A stretch of DNA of 64,000 nt, taken from IMG/VR virus record IMGVR_UViG_3300032038_009890, positions 153,076-217,075 of that record. The stretch is one strand, 5' to 3'. The stretch comes from a virus. Lineage: Duplodnaviria > Caudoviricetes. Of this stretch, positions 1 through 10,118 are shown in pieces (the first letter of the stretch is position 1; every line of letters begins with the position of its first letter). The notes under the pieces were generated by a model that did not search any database, was not told where the DNA came from, and saw only the letters and a program-made list of their open reading frames with translations. The position numbers were made by a program, and so were the translations under genes.

Positions 1-269
1 CGAACAGACTTATATTAACGAGAAAATAGCTAAGATCAACTTTTTCATTCTTCGAGCCGCCGAAAACGGCTCTATCTATACTGTAGAAGACATCGAGAAT
101 TGGGCTACTAGTTATATCATTCCTCTTTTCGAAGTAGAAGGATACTATGTAGAAAAATTAAAAAATCTTGGCGGCTATAACTGGAGAACATGCCATACCT
201 ACTCTGAGTATTGTTTTTATATTAACAAGCCCGTAGAATAATAACAAGCAAAGCACGAGAGGAAATACC

Positions 270-473
270 ATGCCAATTCAAATCTATCTTAATACTATAT
301 ATCCAATAATTTCGCAGATCGCAGATGCTCAAGAAGCAGGAGAAAGTCACTACACTATCAGTGTCCCAAGATGGGGCGAAGACTTTATGATCGCTTTTCT
401 GTGCAATCTGAGCCTTCGTATACAAATTTTAAGTCGCTCTAAATACGAAACAACTATGGATGTTCTATTTTAA
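270..473 (+). CDS. small hypothetical early protein
   Basis: ORF with GAGG SD; loosely similar to neighbouring small ORFs (A-x-x-G followed by a hydrophobic strand). Confidence 0.45.
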   Translation: MPIQIYLNTIYPIISQIADAQEAGESHYTISVPRWGEDFMIAFLCNLSLRIQILSRSKYETTMDVLF

Positions 474-709
474 CGAGCGAAGTGAGCGAGGTAATTACTA
501 TGGAAGAAGCCTATGAGTACTTATATTGGATTTTAATGTTATATCTTTACGTACAATCGCAACAGAATCCAATTACTTACGAACTAGAAAAATATCCAGA
601 ATACCCAACTACATATTTTACAGAAGACAAACCATTTAAAACCTATACAGAAGGAAGCAATCCTTGCGACATAATATAAACTAAAAACTTAGAAAGGAGC
701 ATAAGACAT

Positions 710-1042
710 ATGAACGACCCTTATATCATACCTGCAAACGAAATCCGCCAGATTTTTGTAAAAGCACAACAGCACAAAATAGAAGAAGAAATAATCCGCC
801 GCCAGAAATACTTCCAAGATAAGATAGATAATATCAACTCTTCTCTACAAGATGCGGCTCATGAAGGTATTGATATTATAGGTGAAGATATTGAAGAATG
901 GGCCGCAGATGATATTCTGTCATTATTAAAAAAGGCAGGATATTATACTGAAATATTTGATACTATGTACTACAAGAAAAGATGCTTTATCTATATCAAC
1001 CCGCCGCAGACTAATGCCGAGCGAAACGAGGAAGAGAAGTAA
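710..1042 (+). CDS. hypothetical early protein
   Basis: 110-aa ORF with AAGGAG SD. Confidence 0.65.
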   Translation: MNDPYIIPANEIRQIFVKAQQHKIEEEIIRRQKYFQDKIDNINSSLQDAAHEGIDIIGEDIEEWAADDILSLLKKAGYYTEIFDTMYYKKRCFIYINPPQTNAERNEEEK

Positions 1043-1047
1043 TATTT

Positions 1048-1260
1048 ATGACTATGCCATATTCCCCGTTGCCGCAAGTAGTAGATGAAGTATGCGGCTT
1101 AATACTTAAAGCAAAAAACCACGGCGAAAAACATATAACGTACTGTGATAGAAAACCAAATATCATATTGTTATCCTATATATTAGATGCATTAGGATAT
1201 AAAAATGATACTATGCCATTATGGGGAGACTTATATAGAATAACTATTAAGTGGACCTAA
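1048..1260 (+). CDS. small hypothetical early protein
   Basis: 70-aa ORF directly after the previous gene. Confidence 0.55.
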   Translation: MTMPYSPLPQVVDEVCGLILKAKNHGEKHITYCDRKPNIILLSYILDALGYKNDTMPLWGDLYRITIKWT

Positions 1261-1562
1261 TTTCAGCAAATACCGAGCGTAGCGAGGGAGGTGATGTAAA
1301 AAATGGGCGAAGAACACAAATATATCTTTGATGGATTTGGAAGATTCGTAGAGAATCCTAAGTATATGTAGCTAGCGCTGATGAGAGGAAGTGGTTCCAT
1401 TGGACTGAATAAATATCCCCCACACACGTAATATTGACAAATGACGAGCGTCAGCGAAGTCATTTTTCAATATTACAACAACGCCCCCTCTGAGGGGGCG
1501 GCGTAGGAGGGGTGACTTTATGCGAGAATTAAAAAAGAATAATATATCAGGAGGTATTATAA

Positions 1563-2024
1563 ATGAAAAATAGCAATGGTATTAACGAACCAAATGGTGT
1601 TTACGCAATAAAAAACATCAAAACAAACAGAATCTATATAGGAGAAAGCGTCCACGTGCTTGAGAGATGGCAATAGCATATATACGATCTTAGCTCCAGA
1701 AATCATTATAACCCACAACTTCAAGAAGATTATAATATCCACGGCATAGCAAGCCTTGAATTCAGAGTTTTAATTACTTACAAAGAATCTCCTCTAGATA
1801 CATATGCCATGCTTAAGCCGTTCCTAATACTATCAGAGGCCAAAATCATAGACAATCTAAGATCACACGGCAAAAAACTATATAATATTGGAAATACACT
1901 AGAGAGATATCTCACCACAGAATACGACGAATATGATATAAACAATAAAATTAAATCAAATTTAATATAGCTAATTAAGCACAATAACATCACAGATTAC
2001 ATAGAGAAATACAACATACAATAA
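1563..2024 (+). CDS. GIY-YIG endonuclease (two in-frame TAG read as Gln)
   Basis: Missing from the ORF track. GGAGG SD; translates MKNSNGINEPNGVYAIKNIKTNRIYIGESVHVLERWQ(*)HIYDL..NHYNPQLQEDYN, i.e. the GVY..YIG..RW..H motif. Confidence 0.8.
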
Positions 2025-2045
2025 TATAGAAAGTAGGCTATAATA

Positions 2046-3281
2046 ATGGATAATACAGTAACTATAATAGATTCCATAATGGGATCAGGCAAAACAACTT
2101 GGGCAATTAACTATATGAAATCCCACAGAGAGAAATCATTTATCTATATCACTCCATTTCTTGATGAATGTAAGAGAATACAAACATCTTGCGCTCCAGA
2201 ATTAGATTTCGTTGCGCCAGTACGAAAATGGCCCAGACTATCAAAATTAGATAATATACAAGAGTTAATTAATGCGGGAGAAAATATAGTATCATCTCAC
2301 GAATTATTTAAAAGATTTGATGATAATGTAAAGTCATTATTATTATATAGTGTAGATTATACATTAGTCATAGATGAGGTGCTTGATATAATCACGCCAT
2401 ATAAAATCACAAAAGATGATATAAGAATACTAAAGTCAAGCAATGTAATATCAATAGATAATAATGGCCTTTGTCATTGGAATAAAGATATGGATGACTA
2501 TAGTGGACGTTATGATGATATTCGTCAAATAGCTATATCTGGCAATCTTGTTTGTGTTGATAATACATTTTTCTTATGGAGATATAACCCAGAGATATTT
2601 AAGCTTTTTAAGGATATATTTATAATGACTTATCTTTTTGATGGAAGCATTATGAAAGGATACTTCGACTATTATGGTATTAAATATAATAAAATGTCAT
2701 TGCATGAAGGTAAGCTAATTCCTTATCAACCATTTGACACAACTAAAATTCAAAAATTAATTAATATATATGAAGGAAAGCTTAATGATGGTTTTACTAA
2801 ATCAGCGCTTTCTAAAACATGGTATGAAGATAGAGATAACACAAAATACATTAATCAATTAAGAAATAATTTAGATAATTATTATAGACATATAGTAAAT
2901 GCAAAATCAGATTCTAGGCTTTGGACAACATTTGAAGACAATAAAGAGACAATTGAAAAACAAAGATATAAAAATAATTTTATACCATGTAATTCCAGAG
3001 CAACAAATATTTATGAAGATAAATATAATCTTGCTTATTTAGTAAATATATATATGCATCCAGGAATAATACATTTTCTAGCGCAAAAACAAATTGTTGT
3101 AAATAAAGAATTATACGCATTAAGTGTGTTACTCCAATGGATTTGGCGGTCTAGAATAAGAAATGGTTTATCTATAAATATTTATATACCATCAAAAAGA
3201 ATGAGAGAATTATTTAAATCGTGGCTTAATAATACTTCATATCTGTATACGAATTTAAATAATATAAATCCGAGTGAATAA
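2046..3281 (+). CDS. SF2 helicase-like / putative origin-binding replication protein
   Basis: Walker A DSIMGSGKTT, Walker B LVIDEV, motif VI-like LLQWIWRSRIR. Confidence 0.75.
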   Translation: MDNTVTIIDSIMGSGKTTWAINYMKSHREKSFIYITPFLDECKRIQTSCAPELDFVAPVRKWPRLSKLDNIQELINAGENIVSSHELFKRFDDNVKSLLLYSVDYTLVIDEVLDIITPYKITKDDIRILKSSNVISIDNNGLCHWNKDMDDYSGRYDDIRQIAISGNLVCVDNTFFLWRYNPEIFKLFKDIFIMTYLFDGSIMKGYFDYYGIKYNKMSLHEGKLIPYQPFDTTKIQKLINIYEGKLNDGFTKSALSKTWYEDRDNTKYINQLRNNLDNYYRHIVNAKSDSRLWTTFEDNKETIEKQRYKNNFIPCNSRATNIYEDKYNLAYLVNIYMHPGIIHFLAQKQIVVNKELYALSVLLQWIWRSRIRNGLSINIYIPSKRMRELFKSWLNNTSYLYTNLNNINPSE

Positions 3282-3474
3282 AAATATATATAAAATAACT
3301 TGGACAAAAATCTTGTCCAAAAATTCAATTTTAGGTCCAAAAAACCCTTATAAACATTGGGTCTAATAATTTGAGTTATTAGAAGAGTTAGTATATTAAG
3401 TAATATTTATTTCCACAATACCAAAATATATAACTATGTTTTTTTAAGCTTCACCTGCTTCTTCAACTGTATAG

Positions 3475-3513
3475 GCGATGAGGAAGCCAGTGGTTTTCTG
3501 GCTTCCTCATCGC
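3475..3513. repeat. perfect 16-bp inverted repeat
   Basis: GCGATGAGGAAGCCAG-N7-CTGGCTTCCTCATCGC in an AT-rich intergenic region. Confidence 0.9.
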
Positions 3514-3577
3514 AATGGGCCTCCTAACGGAAGCCAAGGTCAACATTAATATTTCTATATAGAAAGGACCCAAAACC

Positions 3578-4711
3578 ATGCAAATACTAACTGATCAATC
3601 CCAATACAACAACATCCATGGCAAAATCGGCCTAATAGATGCAGACCTACTTGATGGTGGCACCAGATTCCCTAACCTCGTCATAGAAAAGCTTTCAGGT
3701 TACTATAAAGAGCGTGGCCTAGATATCTCGCTTATCTGTTCCTATAAAGACCTCGATCCTTCTACTTACGACACTATCTTTCTATCTAGGGTCTTCGACT
3801 TCACAGAAGTACCTGAAGAAATACTTGCCGCGCCTAATGTCTATGTAGGTGGCACAGGATTCTTCTTTGACAAAGCTACTCCTCTCCCCTACTCTATAGA
3901 GCATCATATGCCTGACTATCATATCTACGACCGGTACATCGAATTAAACAAAACCAGATTCAAGGCTAAGAACTATTTTGATAATTATAACTATAGCGTA
4001 GGCTTTGCTACACGGGGCTGTTTTAGGCAGTGCCCATTCTGTGTGAATCAGAACTATAAGAAGGTAGAGTTCAATGCGCATATATCAGAATTCTACGATC
4101 CTTCTACTAAAGGTATAGTCCTGCTCGATGATAATATCTTAGGATATAGTAAATGGCATGAAATACTTACTGAATTGCACGAAATAAATAGACCTTTTAT
4201 GTTTAAGCAGGGCATGGATATACGCTTAATGACTGTAGATAAGGCAAAGATGCTTAATGACTCTAAGTACATCGACAGATTTATCTTTGCATTTGATAAT
4301 ATCAATGATAGGCCGCAAGTAGAGCATGGTCTTGCTATTTGGCGCGAATACTGTAAGCGCAGGTCTATGTTATATGTCTTAACAGGATTCTATAGTCAGG
4401 ATGCAGAGGACATTAAAGCTATATTTGAGCGTTGTGATGTTTTAGAAAAATATGATTGTTTACCCTATCTTATGAGGCATAAAAACTATCTGAATAGTCC
4501 TTATAAGGGATTATATATTTCTCTGGCCAGATGGATGAATCAGCACAATATGTTTAAGAATAAGACCTTCAGAGAATTCGTTAATGTTAGTCAGAGTCAA
4601 ATTAAGCGCGAAGGATTTATTGGCGCTGATTTAAGAGCATTGCGCCAGTTTGAAAATGATTGCCCAGAGATTGCTAAAAAGTGGTTCGACAAAAGATATA
4701 ATATTAGCTAA
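3578..4711 (+). CDS. radical SAM protein
   Basis: TRGCFRQCPFC (CxxxCxxC), LLDDNILG, QGMDIR. Confidence 0.85.
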   Translation: MQILTDQSQYNNIHGKIGLIDADLLDGGTRFPNLVIEKLSGYYKERGLDISLICSYKDLDPSTYDTIFLSRVFDFTEVPEEILAAPNVYVGGTGFFFDKATPLPYSIEHHMPDYHIYDRYIELNKTRFKAKNYFDNYNYSVGFATRGCFRQCPFCVNQNYKKVEFNAHISEFYDPSTKGIVLLDDNILGYSKWHEILTELHEINRPFMFKQGMDIRLMTVDKAKMLNDSKYIDRFIFAFDNINDRPQVEHGLAIWREYCKRRSMLYVLTGFYSQDAEDIKAIFERCDVLEKYDCLPYLMRHKNYLNSPYKGLYISLARWMNQHNMFKNKTFREFVNVSQSQIKREGFIGADLRALRQFENDCPEIAKKWFDKRYNIS

Positions 4712-4723
4712 AGGAGAATACTA

Positions 4724-5155
4724 ATGAATAATAACGATCTATTACAACTACTCCAGGATAATGGCTATACCAAACAAGACTTACTTAACTACGCAAATGC
4801 TATTGCAGATGCCGATCGCAAAGCCGCGATTATTGCAGAAGATAATGAGAAGTTATCTTATTTAGGGAAATGCTATAAAGTGGATCATACTTACTATAAA
4901 GTAATATCACGCCTTGGTTATTATCATAGAGAGGTAAGTTGTTTATTCTTTGGCGAAGACCCTGTTTTAACTTTGCATCTAGATTATAATGGAATTCGCG
5001 GTGAGGTTATACTGGACTCAGATAGTGTTATAGATGTAGCCTCCGTGAGCTTAGACAAATTACTACGAGGCGTTGAGATCACACTAGAAGAATTTAATAA
5101 GGCGTATGATAACTATGTAAATATTCTAAAGGAGATAGTATGGATAGAGGATTAA
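4724..5155 (+). CDS. hypothetical protein, paralog of 9661..10095
   Basis: Shared LGKC(Y/F)..YYKV and E(I/V)TLEEF motifs. Confidence 0.7.
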   Translation: MNNNDLLQLLQDNGYTKQDLLNYANAIADADRKAAIIAEDNEKLSYLGKCYKVDHTYYKVISRLGYYHREVSCLFFGEDPVLTLHLDYNGIRGEVILDSDSVIDVASVSLDKLLRGVEITLEEFNKAYDNYVNILKEIVWIED

Positions 5156-5532
5156 AACCCTGCTTAGAGGCAGTACATATTGTACAAGATATTTTAGCAG
5201 AACATCCAGATACAGGGCAGAAGTTATATGAGGAGACTATATGGACTTTCGTGCTAGATAAGATGGCGTGGGCAGAGTTATATGCGGTGCCTGATAAAGA
5301 AAGTATTGTTTCTATTGATGTATTCGTGCATCCAAATTATCGAGGACATGATTTGGGCAAGCTCTGTGTAAAGAAATGCATAGACTGGGCGCAAGATAAT
5401 GGTGTATATTGTATAGAATGGTATGTTAGGGCTAGGAATAAAGCATCTATATACCTTGCGCAAAGTTGCGGCTTTACTATAGTACCGTATATGAGTAATC
5501 ATCTATGGACTACTTTGGCGCTTCGCTTATAG
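5140..5532 (+). CDS. GNAT family N-acetyltransferase (ends in TAG)
   Basis: VFVHPNYRGHDLG and NKASIYLAQSCGF GNAT motifs. Confidence 0.85.
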   Translation: MDRGLKPCLEAVHIVQDILAEHPDTGQKLYEETIWTFVLDKMAWAELYAVPDKESIVSIDVFVHPNYRGHDLGKLCVKKCIDWAQDNGVYCIEWYVRARNKASIYLAQSCGFTIVPYMSNHLWTTLALRL

Positions 5533-5542
5533 GCGAAAACTA

Positions 5543-5571
5543 TTGACTTTTATCCTCAAATGTCATATAAT
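5543..5571 (+). promoter_or_regulatory. host sigmaA/sigma70-type early promoter
   Basis: TTGACT-17 nt-TATAAT upstream of the paralog array. Confidence 0.75.
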
Positions 5572-5609
5572 GTAAAGTGATGCAGATCAACTTGATTCGG
5601 AGGAAAGAT

Positions 5610-6236
5610 ATGAAGAAGAAAGCACTTAAAAGTGATGGTTTGATTATCTATAACAACTTTGGTGATCTTTATCCTGCAAACGTCTATGCAGAGAGTCCTA
5701 ATGCCGTGCAGACGGCGCCAGATGGCACCCGCCACCTCATGTATGGTTATTATGTTGTAGATACGCGCCACATTCTAGGCGGCGGGTTTAGACTGTGTGA
5801 AGCAAATAAGAACAACCCTGAAATAGAGCGAGAGCCTCGTCTTTATGACTCTGTTGCGGAAATTGAGGCCCTGCCTATGCTTTGTCCAGAAAGCGGCGAG
5901 TTTATTGGCTATAAGATAGTCTTTGTTGGCGAGCGTACGGGTGTATATGCCATTGCAAAGCTTCTTATTCCTGCTGATGCCAAGAGGACTAATGCCTACG
6001 GGCATACCCAGTGCCGTGCTGATAAGGTCAAGGTTCTGGATATCTATTCCTGTGGGCATCACTATAATGAGGGTCATAATTTGGGCCTTAACACGGCATC
6101 TGCTGAAACTACATATACTGTGGGCAAAATGGTCTATGCTAATGGGTTTTGCGGCGACAGGTGGAAGATCACGGAGCAGGGCATTCACTATTTTATGACT
6201 GAGAAAGATACTATGAGGTGGTGGGGAGATGAATAA
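5610..6236 (+). CDS. DUF5758-like protein (paralog 1)
   Basis: QCRADKVKVLDI..YTVGKMV..GIHYFMT; GGAGG SD before ATG at 5610. Confidence 0.7.
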   Translation: MKKKALKSDGLIIYNNFGDLYPANVYAESPNAVQTAPDGTRHLMYGYYVVDTRHILGGGFRLCEANKNNPEIEREPRLYDSVAEIEALPMLCPESGEFIGYKIVFVGERTGVYAIAKLLIPADAKRTNAYGHTQCRADKVKVLDIYSCGHHYNEGHNLGLNTASAETTYTVGKMVYANGFCGDRWKITEQGIHYFMTEKDTMRWWGDE

Positions 6237-6855
6237 GAGAAAGTCTTTGGTAAGTGATGGTTATGTTCTTTCTGACTATGGCGGGGAGCTTTATCCTGTT
6301 GCCGTATATGTGCCGAATGCCTCTGTAATCCAAGAAGAAAAGGATGGGCGGCGCTTTATTCTCTATGGGCACTATATAGCAGATATGCGTAATATCATGG
6401 GCATTAAGGACTTTATGATCTTAGATGCCGAGGCATCGCTCTGCGGGGTTAGTTCTACGCCCAGACTTTATGATTCTATTGATGAGATTAAAGCACTGCC
6501 GATGATCTGCCCAGAGCAGGGTGCCTTTGAGGCATACAAGCCTGTTCTCGTGGAGGATAATAGAGCATATAAGTATGGCACCGCGCGCATTATGGTCCCT
6601 GCTGATGCTCTGCGGGTTAATCCTTATGGCCAGAAGTGGTGCCGTGCTAACAAGATCACTATTCTTGATATCTATGATGAGAATGGCGCTCATTATGCCG
6701 GGGCAACAAGCCCGAGTGTTTGTCAGGACAGCAGTGCGGGCGTTATGTATCATGTGGGCGAGACTATCTGCGCAGATTTTATGGACCTTGACAGGCGTAT
6801 AATAAACACGCATGGCATTATCTTTTTTATGGAGGAAGAAGATTTATGGCAGTAA
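6229..6855 (+). CDS. DUF5758-like protein (paralog 2)
   Basis: WCRANKITILDI..YHVGETI..GIIFFM. Confidence 0.7.
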   Translation: MNKRKSLVSDGYVLSDYGGELYPVAVYVPNASVIQEEKDGRRFILYGHYIADMRNIMGIKDFMILDAEASLCGVSSTPRLYDSIDEIKALPMICPEQGAFEAYKPVLVEDNRAYKYGTARIMVPADALRVNPYGQKWCRANKITILDIYDENGAHYAGATSPSVCQDSSAGVMYHVGETICADFMDLDRRIINTHGIIFFMEEEDLWQ

Positions 6856-7502
6856 AGTGTATTGACAATCTTGTGGACCCTGCTCTCAAATGCACCTACT
6901 CTAAAATTAGGTATCTTGTCGCTAATTATGCAAGTAGTAGCGAGTGCCTATATGATATGATTATTAAGTTTAACAAGGATACTGGAGAAGGTATTATTGT
7001 TCTGGACGGCTATAATCACAACAATGAATCGCAGAAGGTTTATGTTGATATTCATGCACAGGATATTGATGAGATGCCCAACGTCTTTAAGGTGTATTCG
7101 AAGGCGCTGAATTATCGCATTGACGAGAATGATATGCCGTGTCCTATAGTGGGTGAGTTTGAGGCTTATAAGATAGGTGCTAAAGGCATTCTAGACAAGC
7201 CTGTGTTGATCAAGCTGAGTATCCCTGTTAATGCGGAGAGGATTGCGCCGTGGTACTCTAGAAAGTGTCGCGCAAGTTGGGCGAAGGTGCTGTCTATTGA
7301 GGCCTTGGATGGGAGCAAGAGCTATAAGAAGTGCAGGAGTGCTTATGATCGCAAGTTTAAGTATGTTGTGGGGAAAACTGTTCGCGCTGATTCTTTTGAT
7401 GTTGATAGGCGGATTGAGTGTACGCATGGCATTCATTTCTTTATGACTGAACGGGAGGCGCGGCATTATGAATCTAGCGGTGCCTTCTATGGGATTGTCT
7501 GA
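6846..7502 (+). CDS. DUF5758-like protein (paralog 3)
   Basis: KCRASWAKVLSI..FKYVVGKTV..ECTHGIHFFMT. Confidence 0.75.
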   Translation: MAVKCIDNLVDPALKCTYSKIRYLVANYASSSECLYDMIIKFNKDTGEGIIVLDGYNHNNESQKVYVDIHAQDIDEMPNVFKVYSKALNYRIDENDMPCPIVGEFEAYKIGAKGILDKPVLIKLSIPVNAERIAPWYSRKCRASWAKVLSIEALDGSKSYKKCRSAYDRKFKYVVGKTVRADSFDVDRRIECTHGIHFFMTEREARHYESSGAFYGIV

Positions 7503-7599
7503 GGAGGTACTAGATGGGCAAAAAGGAATATTATGCTCTATTCGCTTATAATAAAAAGGATTCTAGAATTGTAAAAATTACTGTTGATGATTGTTTCGT

Positions 7600-9576
7600 A
7601 AAAGTGAAGTATAATTTGTCATATTAACTCCGTAGCCGGAAAGCTTGTTTGTGAAACGAGGTGAGAGGATGATGGAACAAGGCCAAACAATGACTATATC
7701 AAGCGGCAACAGGAAGGCGTATCGTAAGGCATCCCCGAGACATGTCGTAACGTTTGAGGCTAATATGACCGAGGATCAAAAACGGCATTGTTTCGCAATA
7801 TCTAACCGTCTTCGTATCGCTGGAAATAAGGTCGCTGAAATCATGAAAGACCGTCTTGAATCTCTGATGGCTTCAGAGGAGTACAAGAGTCTTCAAAAAA
7901 CTTACGGAGAAGTAAGCCAAGAGCTTGGTAAGGTCAAAGCTAACAGTCCGGATTATAAACATCTGAAATCCGAACGCAAGAAGATAGGAGACTTGATGGA
8001 CAAAGCCCAGTTAATGAACGGGATTTCGCAAGATGCCACGCGGGAAGTCATGAAGCAGTATGCCCCGGATCTTAAACTGAACAGCCAGATTGCAAGAAAA
8101 AGGGCAGATGACGTCTGGATGGGCGTACGTAATGTTTTGTATGGCAATGGGAAGACCATCCATTTCAAACCTCGTGGAGATCTTCCTGCCATAACGGCAG
8201 TTGAAGCAACAAGCGCAATTCCTATTCATGTTGGAAAAGATGGTCATTTAGAATTCAGCATGAATGGGGTCGGAGACTTTGGAATCATCATTCCAGAAAT
8301 GGACTATTTTCTTCAGGATGAAGAACAGGCAATTGTAAACTTCTTAAGGAATCCGGCTCTAGAAGATGAATGCGTCCTGCAATATAAGGCTGACAAAACA
8401 GTCATTCCTGTATTCAGGCCATGTTATGCCGCAATCATATGTAAGGAAATCAGGCATCGCTTGCGAGTATATGTACAGATATGTGTTGCTGATGAGCCAT
8501 GCAGGAAATTAGATAGATGGGGACGTACCAGGCATATTTCTGGAAAAGGAAGAGTTGGTGTAGACTTAGGGCCTCAATCTTTCGCATCCGTATCTAATTC
8601 TGAGGTATCTTTGTCAAACTTGGCAGAGAGAAACGGGAAATGCACTAAATGTCATGAGGAAAGAAAAGCATTTCTTAAAAAAGCTATGGACCGTTCACGT
8701 AGGGGTACTAATCCTGAACGGTTCAATAAGAACGGGACATACAAGAAGGGAACTAAAGGGAAGTGGAAGGAATCCAATCACTACAGGAACTTACGGTACG
8801 AATTACGAGAACTAGAAAGAAAAGACGCTGAAAGCAGGCTTTATTCTATCAGGACTGATGCCAATAAGCTGAGAGAAGAAGCAGATGTGTGTATTATCGA
8901 AGAACCTAATGCGTCAAGACTGGCCAAAAGGTCCTTAAAAACCGAAAGACAAGAGACTGAGACTGAAATCGTTTCTAAAGATGGGACGGTTAAAAAGGTA
9001 AAAAAATATAAGCGCAAGAAACGTTTTGGTAAGTCCATACATCACCGGTGTCCAGGAGAATTTCAGGCGGAACTCGCAAATAAGTTCAGAGATGGATATC
9101 ACGTAGTTCCCAAAATGTATAGGGCAAGCCAGTATGATCATATATTGGATGATTATATCAAGAAAAAGTTATCCGAACGGTGGCATACCCTTCCGGACGG
9201 AAAAAGAATCCAGCGCGATATATACTCTGCGTTCTTACTATATTGTGCGGATGAGAATTTTAAAGCAATAGACCGTCAGAAGTGCATAGATAAATTTGAC
9301 GAGTTTTGGATAAAACACAACAAATTGATTGAAACAATTATAAAGAACGGATTGTCTATATGTAATTCCGGAATTTCTTTTAAGAGCTAAAATTCCGGGA
9401 AATTACTGCAAAATCAATCAAACGGGCGTTTGACTTAGCGCCTGGTCTGGTTCGCCAGACGAAAAGACTTTGCGAAATCGGGCGTCTTCTCCGAGAAGAT
9501 ACTTGGCGGGTCTATAATCCTGGCTCCGGGTAACCCTCATCCAAGAGCCCCACGGGCTTGCCCGTGGGTTAAGTCA
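7600..9576 (+). mobile_element. non-autonomous IS200/IS605-type (IS1341-like) element; left end approximate
   Basis: Solo tnpB; right-end hairpin CCCACGGG-CTTG-CCCGTGGG (9549-9568) followed by GTCA; flanked by a 5' ORF start at 7514 and a 3' gene remnant. Confidence 0.7.
7669..9390 (+). CDS. tnpB: large TnpB-family RNA-guided nuclease
   Basis: RuvC-I RVGVDLGPQ, RuvC-II CIIEE, RuvC-III IQRDIYSA; basic MDRSRR..NP insert; SD before ATG at 7669. Confidence 0.8.
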   Translation: MMEQGQTMTISSGNRKAYRKASPRHVVTFEANMTEDQKRHCFAISNRLRIAGNKVAEIMKDRLESLMASEEYKSLQKTYGEVSQELGKVKANSPDYKHLKSERKKIGDLMDKAQLMNGISQDATREVMKQYAPDLKLNSQIARKRADDVWMGVRNVLYGNGKTIHFKPRGDLPAITAVEATSAIPIHVGKDGHLEFSMNGVGDFGIIIPEMDYFLQDEEQAIVNFLRNPALEDECVLQYKADKTVIPVFRPCYAAIICKEIRHRLRVYVQICVADEPCRKLDRWGRTRHISGKGRVGVDLGPQSFASVSNSEVSLSNLAERNGKCTKCHEERKAFLKKAMDRSRRGTNPERFNKNGTYKKGTKGKWKESNHYRNLRYELRELERKDAESRLYSIRTDANKLREEADVCIIEEPNASRLAKRSLKTERQETETEIVSKDGTVKKVKKYKRKKRFGKSIHHRCPGEFQAELANKFRDGYHVVPKMYRASQYDHILDDYIKKKLSERWHTLPDGKRIQRDIYSAFLLYCADENFKAIDRQKCIDKFDEFWIKHNKLIETIIKNGLSICNSGISFKS

Positions 9577-9577
9577 G

Positions 9578-9649
9578 AGAGAAATGGTATGCGGTGGTGG
9601 CATCCATCTTTTCATGAGAAAGGAAGAAGCAATTAATTACTGGACATAA
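9578..9649 (+). pseudogene. 3' remnant of a DUF5758-like gene cut by the IS
   Basis: Translates REMVCGGGIHLFMRKEEAINYWT*, matching the C-terminal motif of the paralogs. Confidence 0.7.
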
Positions 9650-9660
9650 GAGGTGAAGCT

Positions 9661-10095
9661 ATGTTTTCTGATGAAGAGCGCAATGACTTTGCGGAATTTA
9701 TCAAAAAGTACAACTACACAGCAGAACGTTTTCTGGAAGTTTTGGGCACTGAAGTAAAAGAAGTAAAGCGTGAAAACGCTAAAGCTAAGCAAGAAACACA
9801 GCGCAGAAAAAACGAGACTTTACTTGGCAAATGTTTTAGAGATAATAAGGAAGAATGCTACTATAAGGTAATGATGCTTGGACATGGTAATGACGTTGTT
9901 TGCTTAAGTAGTCCTTTCTGGTTGGAAGTGTATTATTCTGGAGATAGCTGTGATGAAGCGAGATTTGCTGATTATGTTGATCTTTGTAGCATCGATGCCG
10001 ATCGTTTCTGGAATAGACTCAAAGAAGTTACTCTAGAAGAGTTTGACAATTCTGTACGCAATTGGACTGAAAAAGTGTTGAATTTAGTGATTTGA
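9661..10095 (+). CDS. hypothetical protein, paralog of 4724..5155
   Basis: GAGGTG SD; shared motifs. Confidence 0.7.
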   Translation: MFSDEERNDFAEFIKKYNYTAERFLEVLGTEVKEVKRENAKAKQETQRRKNETLLGKCFRDNKEECYYKVMMLGHGNDVVCLSSPFWLEVYYSGDSCDEARFADYVDLCSIDADRFWNRLKEVTLEEFDNSVRNWTEKVLNLVI

Positions 10096-10118
10096 TATCT
10101 AAGAGATGGAGCAGAGCT

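Noticed and set aside
7669-9390. Cas12 / CRISPR type V effector
   Set aside because: No repeat-spacer array or cas1/cas2 is visible in the window, and an IS200/IS605-type right-end hairpin follows the gene.
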